Assembly: GCA_000004985.1 (NCBI GenBank)
Contig: GG738910.1
Length of the DNA stretch: 64,000 nucleotides
Direction: 5' to 3' (one strand)
From: Naegleria gruberi
Taxonomy: Eukaryota
Shown here: piece after piece, positions 30,241 to 41,202 of the stretch
Layout of the letters: each line of letters starts with the position of its first letter
Numbering within the stretch: the first letter of the stretch is position 1
The notes under the pieces: generated by a model
Seen by the model: the letters and a program-made list of their open reading frames with translations, nothing else
What the model was told of the DNA's origin: nothing
Database searches by the model: none
Translations under genes and position numbers: made by a program

Positions 30241-32551
30241 TTATAATTGGTTTGTGATATTATTTGTTGAATTCAATTTGACAGAGGATTCAATTTTGTT
30301 GAGTTCTTTGATAAGTTCAGTTGCATCTTTGATTCTTTCTTTTGGATTGGTTTTCAACATTTTTTCAAGGAGTGATTTAACGACTTGATCTTCTAAATAA
30401 TCAACCAATTTTGCAAGGTTGTTTCTTTTTACATTAATATCAATTTTTAGACTTGTTGCCGTGTTTTCAGAATCGTCCATCTCGGCATTCTTATCAATCT
30501 CAGCATCTTTGCTTTCCATATCAACTCGATCACTTTCAACTTGTTCTTTCTTCTCTTCAATAGTTGAATCAGAATTATCAGCTTTCTCATAGTCTTCTCT
30601 CCATGAAGAGTATAACAAATACAATCCTGATAATGCTACTGAATAAATTTCAGCAGAAGTTGATGCCGGAGGACGAGTGTTTGGGAAATCATCATATTCT
30701 GGAGGATGGAAACCTTTTGTGCATCCATTAATTGGGTCTTCCTTATTAACAGAGAACTCAAAATCAATTAAACAAATCCGGTCATCTTTCATCAAAATAT
30801 GTTGTGGCTTAATATCACCATGAACACGATTGGCTTTGTGTATTGGTTCTAAAGCTAATGCTGTTGATTGTAACCAGGTTAATAGATCTGTTTTGTCTTT
30901 TATATTGCATGAATGAGCAATAGACATGACTAAAGTATGGGTATTGGTATAAAAGTCAATTGACCTGTTTTTGACAAGAGTGTTCCATTTTAGCTCCATT
31001 ATGTAGGCATAATTTTCTCTGTATTGCTTAATAAATTCATGATTAATCCACCCTTCATCTGTTTTGATTTGAGCCAGGTAAACACTAGATCTTTCATTTT
31101 TTGACAGTTGTTTGAATCTATAATTGAACCAATTCATTTCTGGCAGTGAAACTTCTTGAAGCTCATCTATAGGACAAGAGAAAGAAAGTTGCAATTCTTC
31201 TTTCATCATTTCAACCATTTTCAAAATATATTTGCAAGTAACCAAACAATAATATATTAGTGTCTTCATACCACTTGAGGATTCCACTGGAAAGTACATT
31301 AAATTGTTTTCATGAACAAACTCGCCTTGTTCTCCCACACAAAAAGCTGAATTTTCTATTGAAACAGATTCATCTCTTAAGAATTGTGGAAAGAATGTTT
31401 CAAGGTAACTTATCTTGTTTGTAACAGTCTCTAAATCATTCTCATCTTTTGTTCTTTCTTCAATTCCTTTCAATTCTTTGTTTTCTTCATCTTGCAACTT
31501 GTCTATCAATTGTTTTTCTTCGGTATTTTTCAACTTCTTCTGTAAAATTGTCTTTCTATCATTCTTTGAAGAACAGAGATCTGAAATTTTGATACTGTTC
31601 AACTCCATGCATTCCAGATTCTCCTTATACTTCAAATAGTAAAGTAATGATGAAGGAAGGACACAGGTAAGGGATAATCTATATAAATTTCCTGCATTGG
31701 CTAAACTTGGTGCTCGGATTGGATAGATAAATCCTGTTTTTTCAAACAAGATTTGCATCATTTGAAAGCATTCTCTCATTGCAAGCATGATAATTTTAAG
31801 GCTAATGTAATTGTTGAATTAAAAACAATTTCATTACAACTTACAAATCTTTTGAAAAATCATCAGCTGATTCTTTAGCTTCAGTTCTAAACAGCTCAAT
31901 GAAACCAAATCCAAACTGTTTCAAATCTTTAGTGGAAAATAAATTAGTAAGGTCTTGTTCTAAAAAGAGATCTGGTTTTAACTTGTTCCCTAAAATTTGT
32001 GAAATGTAGTACAAGACTAAATTGAAACTCTTTTCTTCATCCTCCAACACAAGTTCACTTTTTGAAACTTGCTTATCTTTTGAATGCAAAACATCACCCT
32101 TTTGAAATATTAATCGTTCGTTTGTGGAGGTTACAACTTGAGAAAAATAATCATTAAGGAATAGGAGATGATTAATTGGAGAACATGATATTCTTTCTTC
32201 AACTTTTACCCTTGATAGATCTTTAACAAAAAAGTGTTCTATTAGTTTCTGATTTCTAAAAACGCTTTTTGAAACAACTGACTCAATGATGTTCTCATCA
32301 CAAACAATTTTGGTTTTAAATTTATCAAGATTAATTCCAAAAGCCTTAAGCATTTCTGAATTTACTTTACTAGTTAACAGTCCAGCATTAGATGATGAAG
32401 TTATTTTTCCAGTTGAATTACAAAGAGTGAGGAATCGCAATTTTGTTGATTCTTCAATCAAGAAATCAAAATTTAATAAGGCATCATCTACTTTTTTCTT
32501 CTTTGTGTTTTGTTGAATGGAGGAACGTGAAACCAACTCTTTTCGTTTCAT
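30241..32551 (-). CDS. Protein-kinase-like protein, 2 exons: complement(31845..32551) + complement(30241..31801), 43-nt intron GTAAGTTGTAATGAAATTGTTTTTAATTCAACAATTACATTAG (31802-31844). Kinase-like C-terminal domain with variant motifs HGDIKPQHIL (HRD>HGD) and DFE (DFG>DFE).
   Basis: Exon 1 ends ...GAT TT | GTAAGT. Exon 2 begins C CTT AAA..., giving an in-frame junction ...FSKDF-LKIIMLAMRE. Catalytic-loop, beta3-Lys-like (VYLAQIK) and APE-like (HPPEY) motifs read directly. Confidence 0.55.
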
Positions 32552-33437
32552 TTTTTTGTTGTGTATTTGTTGAAAGGTATCTTCGACTTGAAAGGAGCTG
32601 GACTTTCCATGAGGAAAGGAAATTGTAAAATTAATAATATTTAATAAAATTGCAAAATATCCATATATTTAGTCAAGTGAAGCTGATGAAGAAATATCTT
32701 GTAAGCTAACGAATAAACGGAACTTTTTTGACACATCAGCTTGTTCAATGGGACTAAATCAAGTCCTAACCACAGAGATGAAGCATCTCTTTGTGAATTC
32801 CGTGTCAAAGGCACAATTGTAATATCTACTGTAGAACACAAACAAGAAAAAAATAAGGCCAAACCTACTTGCTTTGCTTGTTGGGTTTTGTAGGAGAATT
32901 CCAACTTCATAGATCATAATAAGAAGACGAATATGGCCTTGGACAACAATGCTTGGATAGAAGAACTTGTGAGTTTTTATTAAGAAAATCATTACAACAC
33001 ATGTCTTCAAATCACGCATGCTGTCAATCTTCTAACACTCACGAATGGGATCATTATCATCATCAACAATAGATATGGATTTAAAAGCAAGGCTTTGTTC
33101 AGTAACCTTAATGAAATCCCTTAGTAGTCTAAACACGTGCATTCCATGCATCTTGTTATCACATTCATACATGACCAAAATCGAACATGACCAATATATG
33201 GGTAGGTCTTTTTGAGTGGAGTTCTCCTCAAATATTGTTTTGACAATGGTTTAAGGAAAATTAGCGAGCAGTCCAAACCTTGTTGCACCACCACACATGA
33301 ACATGTATGGGAATATTAATTTCAACACTCTTTTTAAGAAATCTACATCGAAACCAAAGACTCCACTACATCCATATCGCCACTCAACAAAGATACAGCT
33401 CTGAGAGGACAAAATGTTGTTTGGTGACAAATCATTG

Positions 33438-33965
33438 TTAACTTCCCTTTATTTCTGCCTCAAAATGCACAGCCTGGCACCAAGGTCTAACACTTGAACA
33501 GTGAGTAACTATTATTCTGGTATGATTGATGAGTGTACTCATGGCATCTTTGAAATCAATGAAAATGTTTTTGAAAGAATAACAATCTTTGGATCCATCA
33601 CATGGACATCTGAATAATTCCCTAGAGCTGTAATCATCACGACATTGAAGACTAAAGATGAAATATGTGCATTCTCCTTCAAATTTTGGTAAATTATCAA
33701 TTCTGACCGATAGCTTGTTGCCATATCTCAACAAATCATCAATATTCACGTCTGGTCCAATTTCTCTATCATTTGAAAAATCAACAAAATCATAATTGAT
33801 GGAAATTCTCACTCTTGTTCTAGCATACAAATGAACCAACGAGCTCGTAGTTTGTTTGATAATTTGTTCATTTTCGTGCATGTCTACATCATCTTCAAAA
33901 CATGCCACATCATCAAAAGGGTCATTGTTATTGAGCATTTCTGTAGAGTGATAGGAGGATTGCAT
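33438..33965 (-). CDS. Uncharacterised protein, tandem paralog A (175 aa)
   Basis: ATG ORF. Shares -EIGPDVNIDDLL[KR]YGNK-...-NLP-F[KE]GE-T[FY]F[VI]F-...-F[RK]C..GDGSK-...-FIDF[TK]DAM..LI...RI[VI].[VT]H.S..RP-...-FEA...G with 34397..34954. Confidence 0.45.
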   Translation of the reverse strand: MQSSYHSTEMLNNNDPFDDVACFEDDVDMHENEQIIKQTTSSLVHLYARTRVRISINYDFVDFSNDREIGPDVNIDDLLRYGNKLSVRIDNLPKFEGECTYFIFSLQCRDDYSSRELFRCPCDGSKDCYSFKNIFIDFKDAMSTLINHTRIIVTHCSSVRPWCQAVHFEAEIKGS

Positions 33966-34396
33966 TGTTTTGGTGAATTGATTGTTGTTTGTTTGTTTTT
34001 TGAGTTTTTACTTTCTTGGATCAACAAACCAACCACACAACAACGCGTACCTTAAGCACGCATACTACTAGTAATTTACTAGTAAACCACAGAACTTGCG
34101 TCCTAAAAGGGGTTAGACCCTCATCATCAAGAGGATTACTCCCAAGGATTACTATAATTGGGCATGTTATGTTTGCATGCTTAAGCATGTTGTGGACGCA
34201 TGTGTGAAAAACTCTAAAGAGCATGCTGCCAAGATATTTCTTCACATACCACCATCAAAAAGTGGTACCCAACACTAACACTGATTACTTTACCTAGTTT
34301 GGTCTATGTTGTAAACCTTCCCTCCTCTCTTTGAAGTTATCAACGTTTGGTAAAAATGTTTCCTTTATTTATCAACTAGCCCACTTGTTATTTTGA

Positions 34397-34954
34397 TTAT
34401 TTTCCACTTACTTTAGCTTCAAATAGAACTGAGTGATACAGTGGTCTATGAATTGATCCATGTACCATGACAATTCTACTTTGTTTGATGAGTACATTCA
34501 TAGCATCTGTGAAATCAATGAAAAATCTCTTGATTGTCATCTTACTCTTTGATCCGTCACCATTGCAATATCTGAATATTTCCCTGAATTGCCAATCTTC
34601 AAAGTTTTGAACGTAGAAAACGAAGAAAGTTTTCTCTCCTTTGAATATTGGCAAGTTTCTGATGGAGGCAGATGACTTATTGCCGTACTTTAACAAATCG
34701 TCAATGTTCACATCTGGTCCAATTTCATTCTCATTGCTCAAGCTTACTGGATCAAAATTAATTCCCAATTCAACCGTAGTTTGGTTGTACTTGTCAAGGA
34801 ATGGACAGTGGGATGGCAAGATAATTTGGCTATTGATTGGAGTGCTTGGGTTCTCTTGTGTTCTATCATCAAACAACTCGCAATTTCCTTCACTTTCATG
34901 TTGATGATAGGGAATTAAGGGATGATTCAAATCCTCTTGTTCTTCTAATTCCAT
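34397..34954 (-). CDS. Uncharacterised protein, tandem paralog B (~186 aa from ATG 34954; the track start at 34981 is GTG)
   Basis: As above: ~45% identity to paralog A over the C-terminal 130 aa. Confidence 0.45.
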   Translation of the reverse strand: MELEEQEDLNHPLIPYHQHESEGNCELFDDRTQENPSTPINSQIILPSHCPFLDKYNQTTVELGINFDPVSLSNENEIGPDVNIDDLLKYGNKSSASIRNLPIFKGEKTFFVFYVQNFEDWQFREIFRYCNGDGSKSKMTIKRFFIDFTDAMNVLIKQSRIVMVHGSIHRPLYHSVLFEAKVSGK

Positions 34955-35868
34955 TAATGTTTTGTTTTTTTTCAAGTTCACTGTTTGATTGATGTAACTT
35001 AATTAAGGAAGGAAAATTGTTGGCTTTGGAGCCGTTGTTGAGAATCTAAACTATAAAAGGTCAATAAAATTTTGTTAAACTGTTTTAGGGATTGAATTTG
35101 AAGATGCATTTCTTATCTCTGTAAAGTAGAGACGAATTGTGAACATACATCACATGACCAATGTTCACAACGCTCCATTACCCTAGTACTTTATTGATCA
35201 GTTTGAATTACATAACAGATATACAATTTCTGTTTTTTTCATCACCATTTTAAAAATTACAAAAAGGTCCTCTCCTAGAATTTGCTTACATGGGTATCTT
35301 GTTTGCTGCAAGAAATTACATAATATTCAAGAAGAGTATTATCTTTCGCCATGAATTCAAGTCAATCAAACTCAATTGTTGCAATGTTGTAGGCAGAATT
35401 TGATGTATTGGCTCAAAATTGGTTGTGCGGTAATTACCAGATCAGTTCATTAATGATTACAAACTTTAAATAGATGTTTATCCATTTTGCAAGCTTTACT
35501 TTCTATTTCAATTTTGGAAGTTTCCAACTCTCTTTCAATCATTGTGTTGGGTAACTTCTTTGCGCTTGTTAAGAAATTCAACAAACCAATTTTAAAAAAT
35601 AATCTTACAAGGGGATGCTGTTCATTAAATCATCATGAATTTATTATTTATTAATTGTTGTTAAATAGAGCCGATATTTCATGATTTATCATACCATAAG
35701 GATCATGATCAAAATGTCATGGTAATTTGCCCAACTGGATGACATACCAAACTGGAACCTCCAGTTCATCTGCTTACAGAATCAAGAAATTCAAACTGGA
35801 AACATCGATTAGATTACCAAACGGAAATCATGTTGATGATAACCAATTGATTTTAAAAACAAATTGTG

Positions 35869-37553
35869 ATGAAATCAAGAAAGCAAAAGGAAGCTGAATT
35901 TTGTGATGATTATGACAAGGCTGCAAAATACATTGATAACAGTGTAAAGAACATCCGAAGCTATTGTCAGAAGGCTAATTTAACAACAGACTTGCAGAAT
36001 GAATTTGGTGATTATTTGAAAGACTTAGGCTTGGAGAATGAAGATGAATGTAAGTAATATATCAACAATTATATTTACGTTTGATAGTAGGAGAAACTCT
36101 CATCAAATTAGGAGATTGTTTAAAGTCCATGGCTACATTGAATCATGTCATGCTGTGTAATATTGAAGACAATTATCTTCAACCAATTTCAGAGTTTAGG
36201 AAGGATCTTGTTGGAAACAATGACCTTTCATCTGCTGAACAATACGCCAAAAAGTGTCTAAAACAAGAAGAACACATGAAACAATTATTGCAATACTTTA
36301 TGTGTTTCTACCACTATTATTCAGAGGGTTACACTCTCACATTTCACTTGAAAGAACCTTTAGAGAAGATCAAGGATCGTTCTGTGAAGAATGTCATTGC
36401 AATGAGAGATCAAGTGATGGAGGAATTAAAACCAAAGAAGAAGCCACTTCCATCACCACCTTCAGCAAGTAGTTCTACTTCACCAAACAGTTTCTCCTCA
36501 TCCAGCACATCTCTTAAAAGACAGGATTCTACATTGAGTGGAACATCCCAATTTAAAAAAGCACCACCAATTCCAAAACATGCCTCTAGTTTGAGTTTAA
36601 ATTCCACTTCATCAGATAATAATAAGGTTAACAATGGACATGTTCATCAATATAGTGATAGCACTGTTTCAACAATTTCAAACAGAAGTTCCTCCTCGTC
36701 ATCATCCGAGGAATATGTTGAGCAAATGGTTACACCAAGAAGTGTCCCAGTTGTCACTCCTCGAGTCATTCCACCAAAACCAATATCAAAACCTCCTGTA
36801 AAGACTCAATCACCTCCATCTAATGACAACTCACCTGTTGTTGAGCCAAAAGTTATTGAAACGACAGCTTCAAATTCTATTAGTACTTGGAAGAAACCAG
36901 TTGCTCCAACCATCAAGAGAAATGATAGCTCTACCCTTTCTCAACCAGCTCAACCCGAATCTTCACCCTCAGTAGATGTGAGCAGTCCCACTACCAGTAA
37001 CAACTCTTGGAAGAAACCAACAGCTCCAACTGTTAAAAAACAGGAAGAAACCACAAGTCCATCATTGGAATCTCAAAGAAAGCTCAACACCCAACAAACT
37101 AATTCGGATACCTCATCAACAAAACCACAAAACAAAGTGATTACAAATAGTAGTGAGGAATTATCTTCAAGTGTTTCATCATTTAAAAAGAATTTGGAAC
37201 AAAGTATTCAATTTAGATTACCTGGTATGGCAAATGATAGTACTCACTCAGGAACTTCTCCATCTCATGAGACTGCAACTAGCCCAGCTAGCCCAGTAGT
37301 AAATAGACCTAACACAAAACCTCCTGTTCCACAATCCAGAAGACCTGTTCAACCATCTATTCCACCCCACGTTGCAAAATGTAAAGCCATCTATCCCTAC
37401 AATGCACAGAGCTCGGAGGAGATTACTTTCAAACCAGGGGATATTATTCTTATTTTTGAAAAAGAACAAGACTATGGTTGGTGGAAAGGAACTGTTGAAT
37501 CTGATTTGGAGAGAAAAGGAATGTTTCCCTCTAACTATGTTCAAATTATTTAA
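35869..37553 (+). CDS. SH3-domain protein with a BAR-like helical N-terminus and a long S/T/P-rich linker (amphiphysin/Rvs167-like layout). Exons 35869..36049 and 36088..37553, intron 36050..36087 (GTAAGTAATATATCAACAATTATATTTACGTTTGATAG). More 5' exons possible.
   Basis: C-terminal 58 aa are a canonical SH3 (AIYPYNAQSSEEITFKPGDIILIFEKEQDYGWWKGTVESDLERKGMFPSNYVQII). The exon 1/2 phase was checked: ...NEDE-L-GETLIKLG. BAR assignment rests on helical amphipathic character only. Confidence 0.55.
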
Positions 37554-37847
37554 TGTTTGTATAATTTCACAATAGCTCAATAGCTCGATAATAAATATTT
37601 GTATTATGTCTGAATGACCATTGTTGATTTATCTCAGAAACATGGCCATTAAAAAATCCCTGTTTGGAAAAATCGGGACCCAACAAACTTTCGAAAAAAT
37701 TGCAACAATATTCGTCAAGTCAAGCCCTTTGGGTTACGTGATTTATCTTATTAGAGATAGATTCGGCAATTGTAGTTTCATTTAGTAGTATATTTTGTAG
37801 TTTTCATCAAGAAAAACAACAAGTCATCATTCATCAATTTTATTAAC

Positions 37848-39432
37848 ATGGAGGAATGCAACCAATCCATACTAGTTACTCAAGAAGACAACATACTAGT
37901 TTGTGGTTCAACAGGACATGGTCAGCTAGCCCTATTTCCTCATCAGATGACCCAAATCAAAGAGGAAGGAATTATTGACCAACAGACTGGAGGTTTATTT
38001 GATTACATTCCGATTAAATTAGAAAAACTTTTAATTTCCTACAATGAAGGAGAACAAATAGTAGATATTGTTGTGGGAGCAACATTTACTCTATATTTAT
38101 CATGTAGGTTGTTGTTTGGTAAATAATTTATTCATCATCATGTGTGACATTTTCAAAGCCTTCTCCCGAGTTTATTACTGTGGGAAAGTTTTATTGTTTG
38201 ATGATGATTGTTCTAAAATTGTAAATGGTGAAATGCCATGCTTTAGATGGGTATTCTTTTTCGATCCTGTTCGGATATCAGGGCTAGAAGGTGTGAATGG
38301 TTTAATATTTGTTAGACAGATAACTTGTGGAGCTAAACATTGTGCCTTTTTACTTTCTAATAACTGTGTTTATGTGGTAGGAAGTAATGAAATGGGTCAA
38401 ATTGGCATGGGAACTAGCAACCCATTTATGTCATTTCCACAAAAACTTGAGATTGGAGGTTCTTCACAACCAGAAAAGCATCAATCATCATCCAGTGAAG
38501 AAGATAGTGAAGACGAGTTGGAGGTTCCTGAACCAATGCAAAAAAAGAGGAAATTTCAAGATATCTCAACTCAAATAACTAAAATCAAATGCTCCTATGA
38601 CAATACTGTTCTTCAAACAGCAGATGGGTTTGTCTATGCTTCAGGAGATAATGAGTATCAACAGATATCCAATTCAAAAGAAGAAGGGAAGATATACGAA
38701 TTTAGAAGATTATTTTTCAAAGAATTATCGTTGGATCAATATAAGAATATTGAGGAGATTATTGTAATGGATAGTTTTATGCTTGCCTTAACTAATGAAG
38801 GACGGTTATTCATAAGTGAAGGAAACAGAACTTTTGAAAAGATGGGATTGGATATTGATTATTTTAACACAACAGATTTTCCTCGAAACTCAATCATTCA
38901 AATATTCAAAACCTCCTATGCTTTCTTTGTTAGAACTAGGACTGGGGAAATATTTTATCTACAACAAGGTATAGCCAAGATGGTCAAGTCTGCTCTATTA
39001 TCTTACAAAAGGTTTATAATAGGAAGTGGCAGGTATCATGTGGTATCTATCTCTACTGATTTAGTTGATGAGGGTTTATACGAGGCTATTGGTTACAACA
39101 AGTTTGGAAATTTAGGATTCAAATCTAATGAAGAAACAGTGAAAGCGCCTCAAGCAATACCAAAAGTAACTGATTGGATCAGGTCAAAGTGTTTGCATTC
39201 TTACCACTACAAGTTGGCTGCTGATTTTTTCAACACTGTTGTTTATAGAGTTAGAGATTTAAAAAGAGATGCTTCACAAAGAATAGCAGCCAACTTAATT
39301 TCAAAGGCTCGAATTAGAAATTATGTGGATGTAACAATTTCTTGCATTTTTGAGTCTTATTCTGAAATTGAGGATTTAGATATTGTAAAGAAAGAAAAAA
39401 GAGTATTAGCTATCGTAAGTACATTTCATTAA
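37848..39432 (+). CDS. RCC1-repeat-containing protein. Proposed intron 38104..38158 (GTAGGT...TTTCAAAG) joining ...GATFTLYLS to SFSRVYYCGKV...
   Basis: RCC1-type repeat signatures: ILVCGSTGHGQLAL, RVYYCGKVLLF, VYVVGSNEMGQIGMGT, FVYASGDNEYQQIS. Two track ORFs in different frames (37848..38126, 38068..39432) are reconciled by a phase-1 intron. Confidence 0.5.
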
Positions 39433-39696
39433 TTGAAATTTTACAATTTGCTTAGGAAAAGAAAGGATCATTCGATGAAGGAACTTCAAATGAACAACTA
39501 AATCACATTATGAATTTGATGACACCTGGAGGAAATAACGACACAAAGAAGTAATTAAGAGCTATGTTCATAATATTGTTGTGGTAATCGTTATATTGGA
39601 GGAAATGATAAGTTTGTTTGGGTGGTCATCTTTGTATCAATTGACTTTGGTTTGTAAATCTTGTCTGCTAATAATTTGTTATTTTTATTTACAGAG

Positions 39697-41103
39697 TTAA
39701 GTTTGAGTAATGTTGCTTGGAATTTCTGGAACAGGAGAAGTGTATTCACCCACACACGGTTTGATATCTTTATACTCCATACAATTCCTGGATTCTTCCT
39801 TCATTCTAAACTTGTTTCCAACGTGCCATTGATGCTCCCCCAAATTTTCTTTGCACTTCACGTCTCTCCCTCCAAACACTTTCTTGTCATTTCTTTCCTT
39901 CCAATTACTTTCGTGGCCAATGTGCTGCAGATAACTTAATGATGTAGAATAGTGTGTTAATCCATCATCAACACAAGTTTTGTATCCTTCTCCTCTCTTG
40001 AATGAAATAAAGTGAATAAGAATATCGATTGGTTCTAATTCAATATTATTTTTTGCATAGTCAAGGAATAAGGTGGCATAATGTCTTGATACAATAAATC
40101 CTCCAAGACCTGTTGATATTCTCATCGAACAAAAACCCTTTTCAAATTGGAATCTTTTTTCTTTGTGATACTTTTCAATTCGATCTAAACTTTTTAATGT
40201 TCCCACAAGCATGTCCTCACAGGGAAGAAAATCATCCTCAGTATAAAGAAGGTACTTGAATTTAAAGTTGTCCATAATAAATTTGGTCATAGATAACATG
40301 TCACAACTTTGCTGTCTTGCCATCTTCCCAGGGTAAGCATTGGTTGGTGAAGAATATTTAACTCCTGGGATATCTGAGTAAGGATCTTTGAATCTAAAAG
40401 GAGGTATGAAGAAAACAAATTCTACCACATTTTCGAACTTTTTGGCTGCTTTCTGGAAAATAGTATGTGTCTTTTCATTGATAAATGCATGTATAATAAA
40501 TAAAATAGATTTTCCAGTTAAATATTGCTTATTGGACGAGCTTGTTAACTGTTTCTTATATTCTTCTAAAACCTTAATTAAATAATCGGCATGCATTCCT
40601 GTGTCTGAATTAATTCTTGCCAGAGTTGGTATGAGAACTATCATATCAAATACTTTTGTTGGTGAGACCAGTCGGTTGTTGAGTGAAATACTAACATTAA
40701 CACCATCTGTTATTTTTAAAGGACTAAATGTTGGCACATCCAAAATCAAAGGGTTTGAAGCAGCCCTAACTTTCCTCTCTCTACTTTGCTTTAAGATTTC
40801 GTCATTACCAACATTTCCAAACTTTGGTTTTGGTTTCCTTGAGATTTTAGAAAGTTGCATGGTGATATTTTGTTTGGGTTGTTGAGAAGGAGAAGGAAGG
40901 GGAGAAGGAGAAGAAAAGGGGATTATTGGTGAAGGAATTTCATCAGTCTTGTTGGAACAAAATACATTTTCTTGTTCAACAGTTGATTTTGTATTACTTT
41001 CATTCTGAGGTCCCACAAAATTATTTCGTAAAATTAAAAAGTTTAAGAACAAGGAAAGGCATAGAAGGAAAAGCAACACCTTAACAGCAAGGGTGTTAGT
41101 CAT
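39697..41103 (-). CDS. Type II membrane glycosyltransferase-like protein (468 aa): N-terminal signal-anchor (VKVLLFLLCLSLFLNFLIL), S/P-rich stem, globular domain with DxD-like motif (YTEDDFLPCEDM).
   Basis: Uninterrupted ATG ORF. Topology and acidic motif read directly. Family not assignable from sequence alone (GlcNAc-transferase-like is a guess). Confidence 0.45.
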   Translation of the reverse strand: MTNTLAVKVLLFLLCLSLFLNFLILRNNFVGPQNESNTKSTVEQENVFCSNKTDEIPSPIIPFSSPSPLPSPSQQPKQNITMQLSKISRKPKPKFGNVGNDEILKQSRERKVRAASNPLILDVPTFSPLKITDGVNVSISLNNRLVSPTKVFDMIVLIPTLARINSDTGMHADYLIKVLEEYKKQLTSSSNKQYLTGKSILFIIHAFINEKTHTIFQKAAKKFENVVEFVFFIPPFRFKDPYSDIPGVKYSSPTNAYPGKMARQQSCDMLSMTKFIMDNFKFKYLLYTEDDFLPCEDMLVGTLKSLDRIEKYHKEKRFQFEKGFCSMRISTGLGGFIVSRHYATLFLDYAKNNIELEPIDILIHFISFKRGEGYKTCVDDGLTHYSTSLSYLQHIGHESNWKERNDKKVFGGRDVKCKENLGEHQWHVGNKFRMKEESRNCMEYKDIKPCVGEYTSPVPEIPSNITQT

Positions 41104-41202
41104 TTTTTAATCTTAATTAAAAATGTGATCGGATGTGATTCAGGGTGCAGCGCGCTAAGTTGAGACTTGATATAAGGAGATCTTTATTCTTAATGCACCC
41201 AA

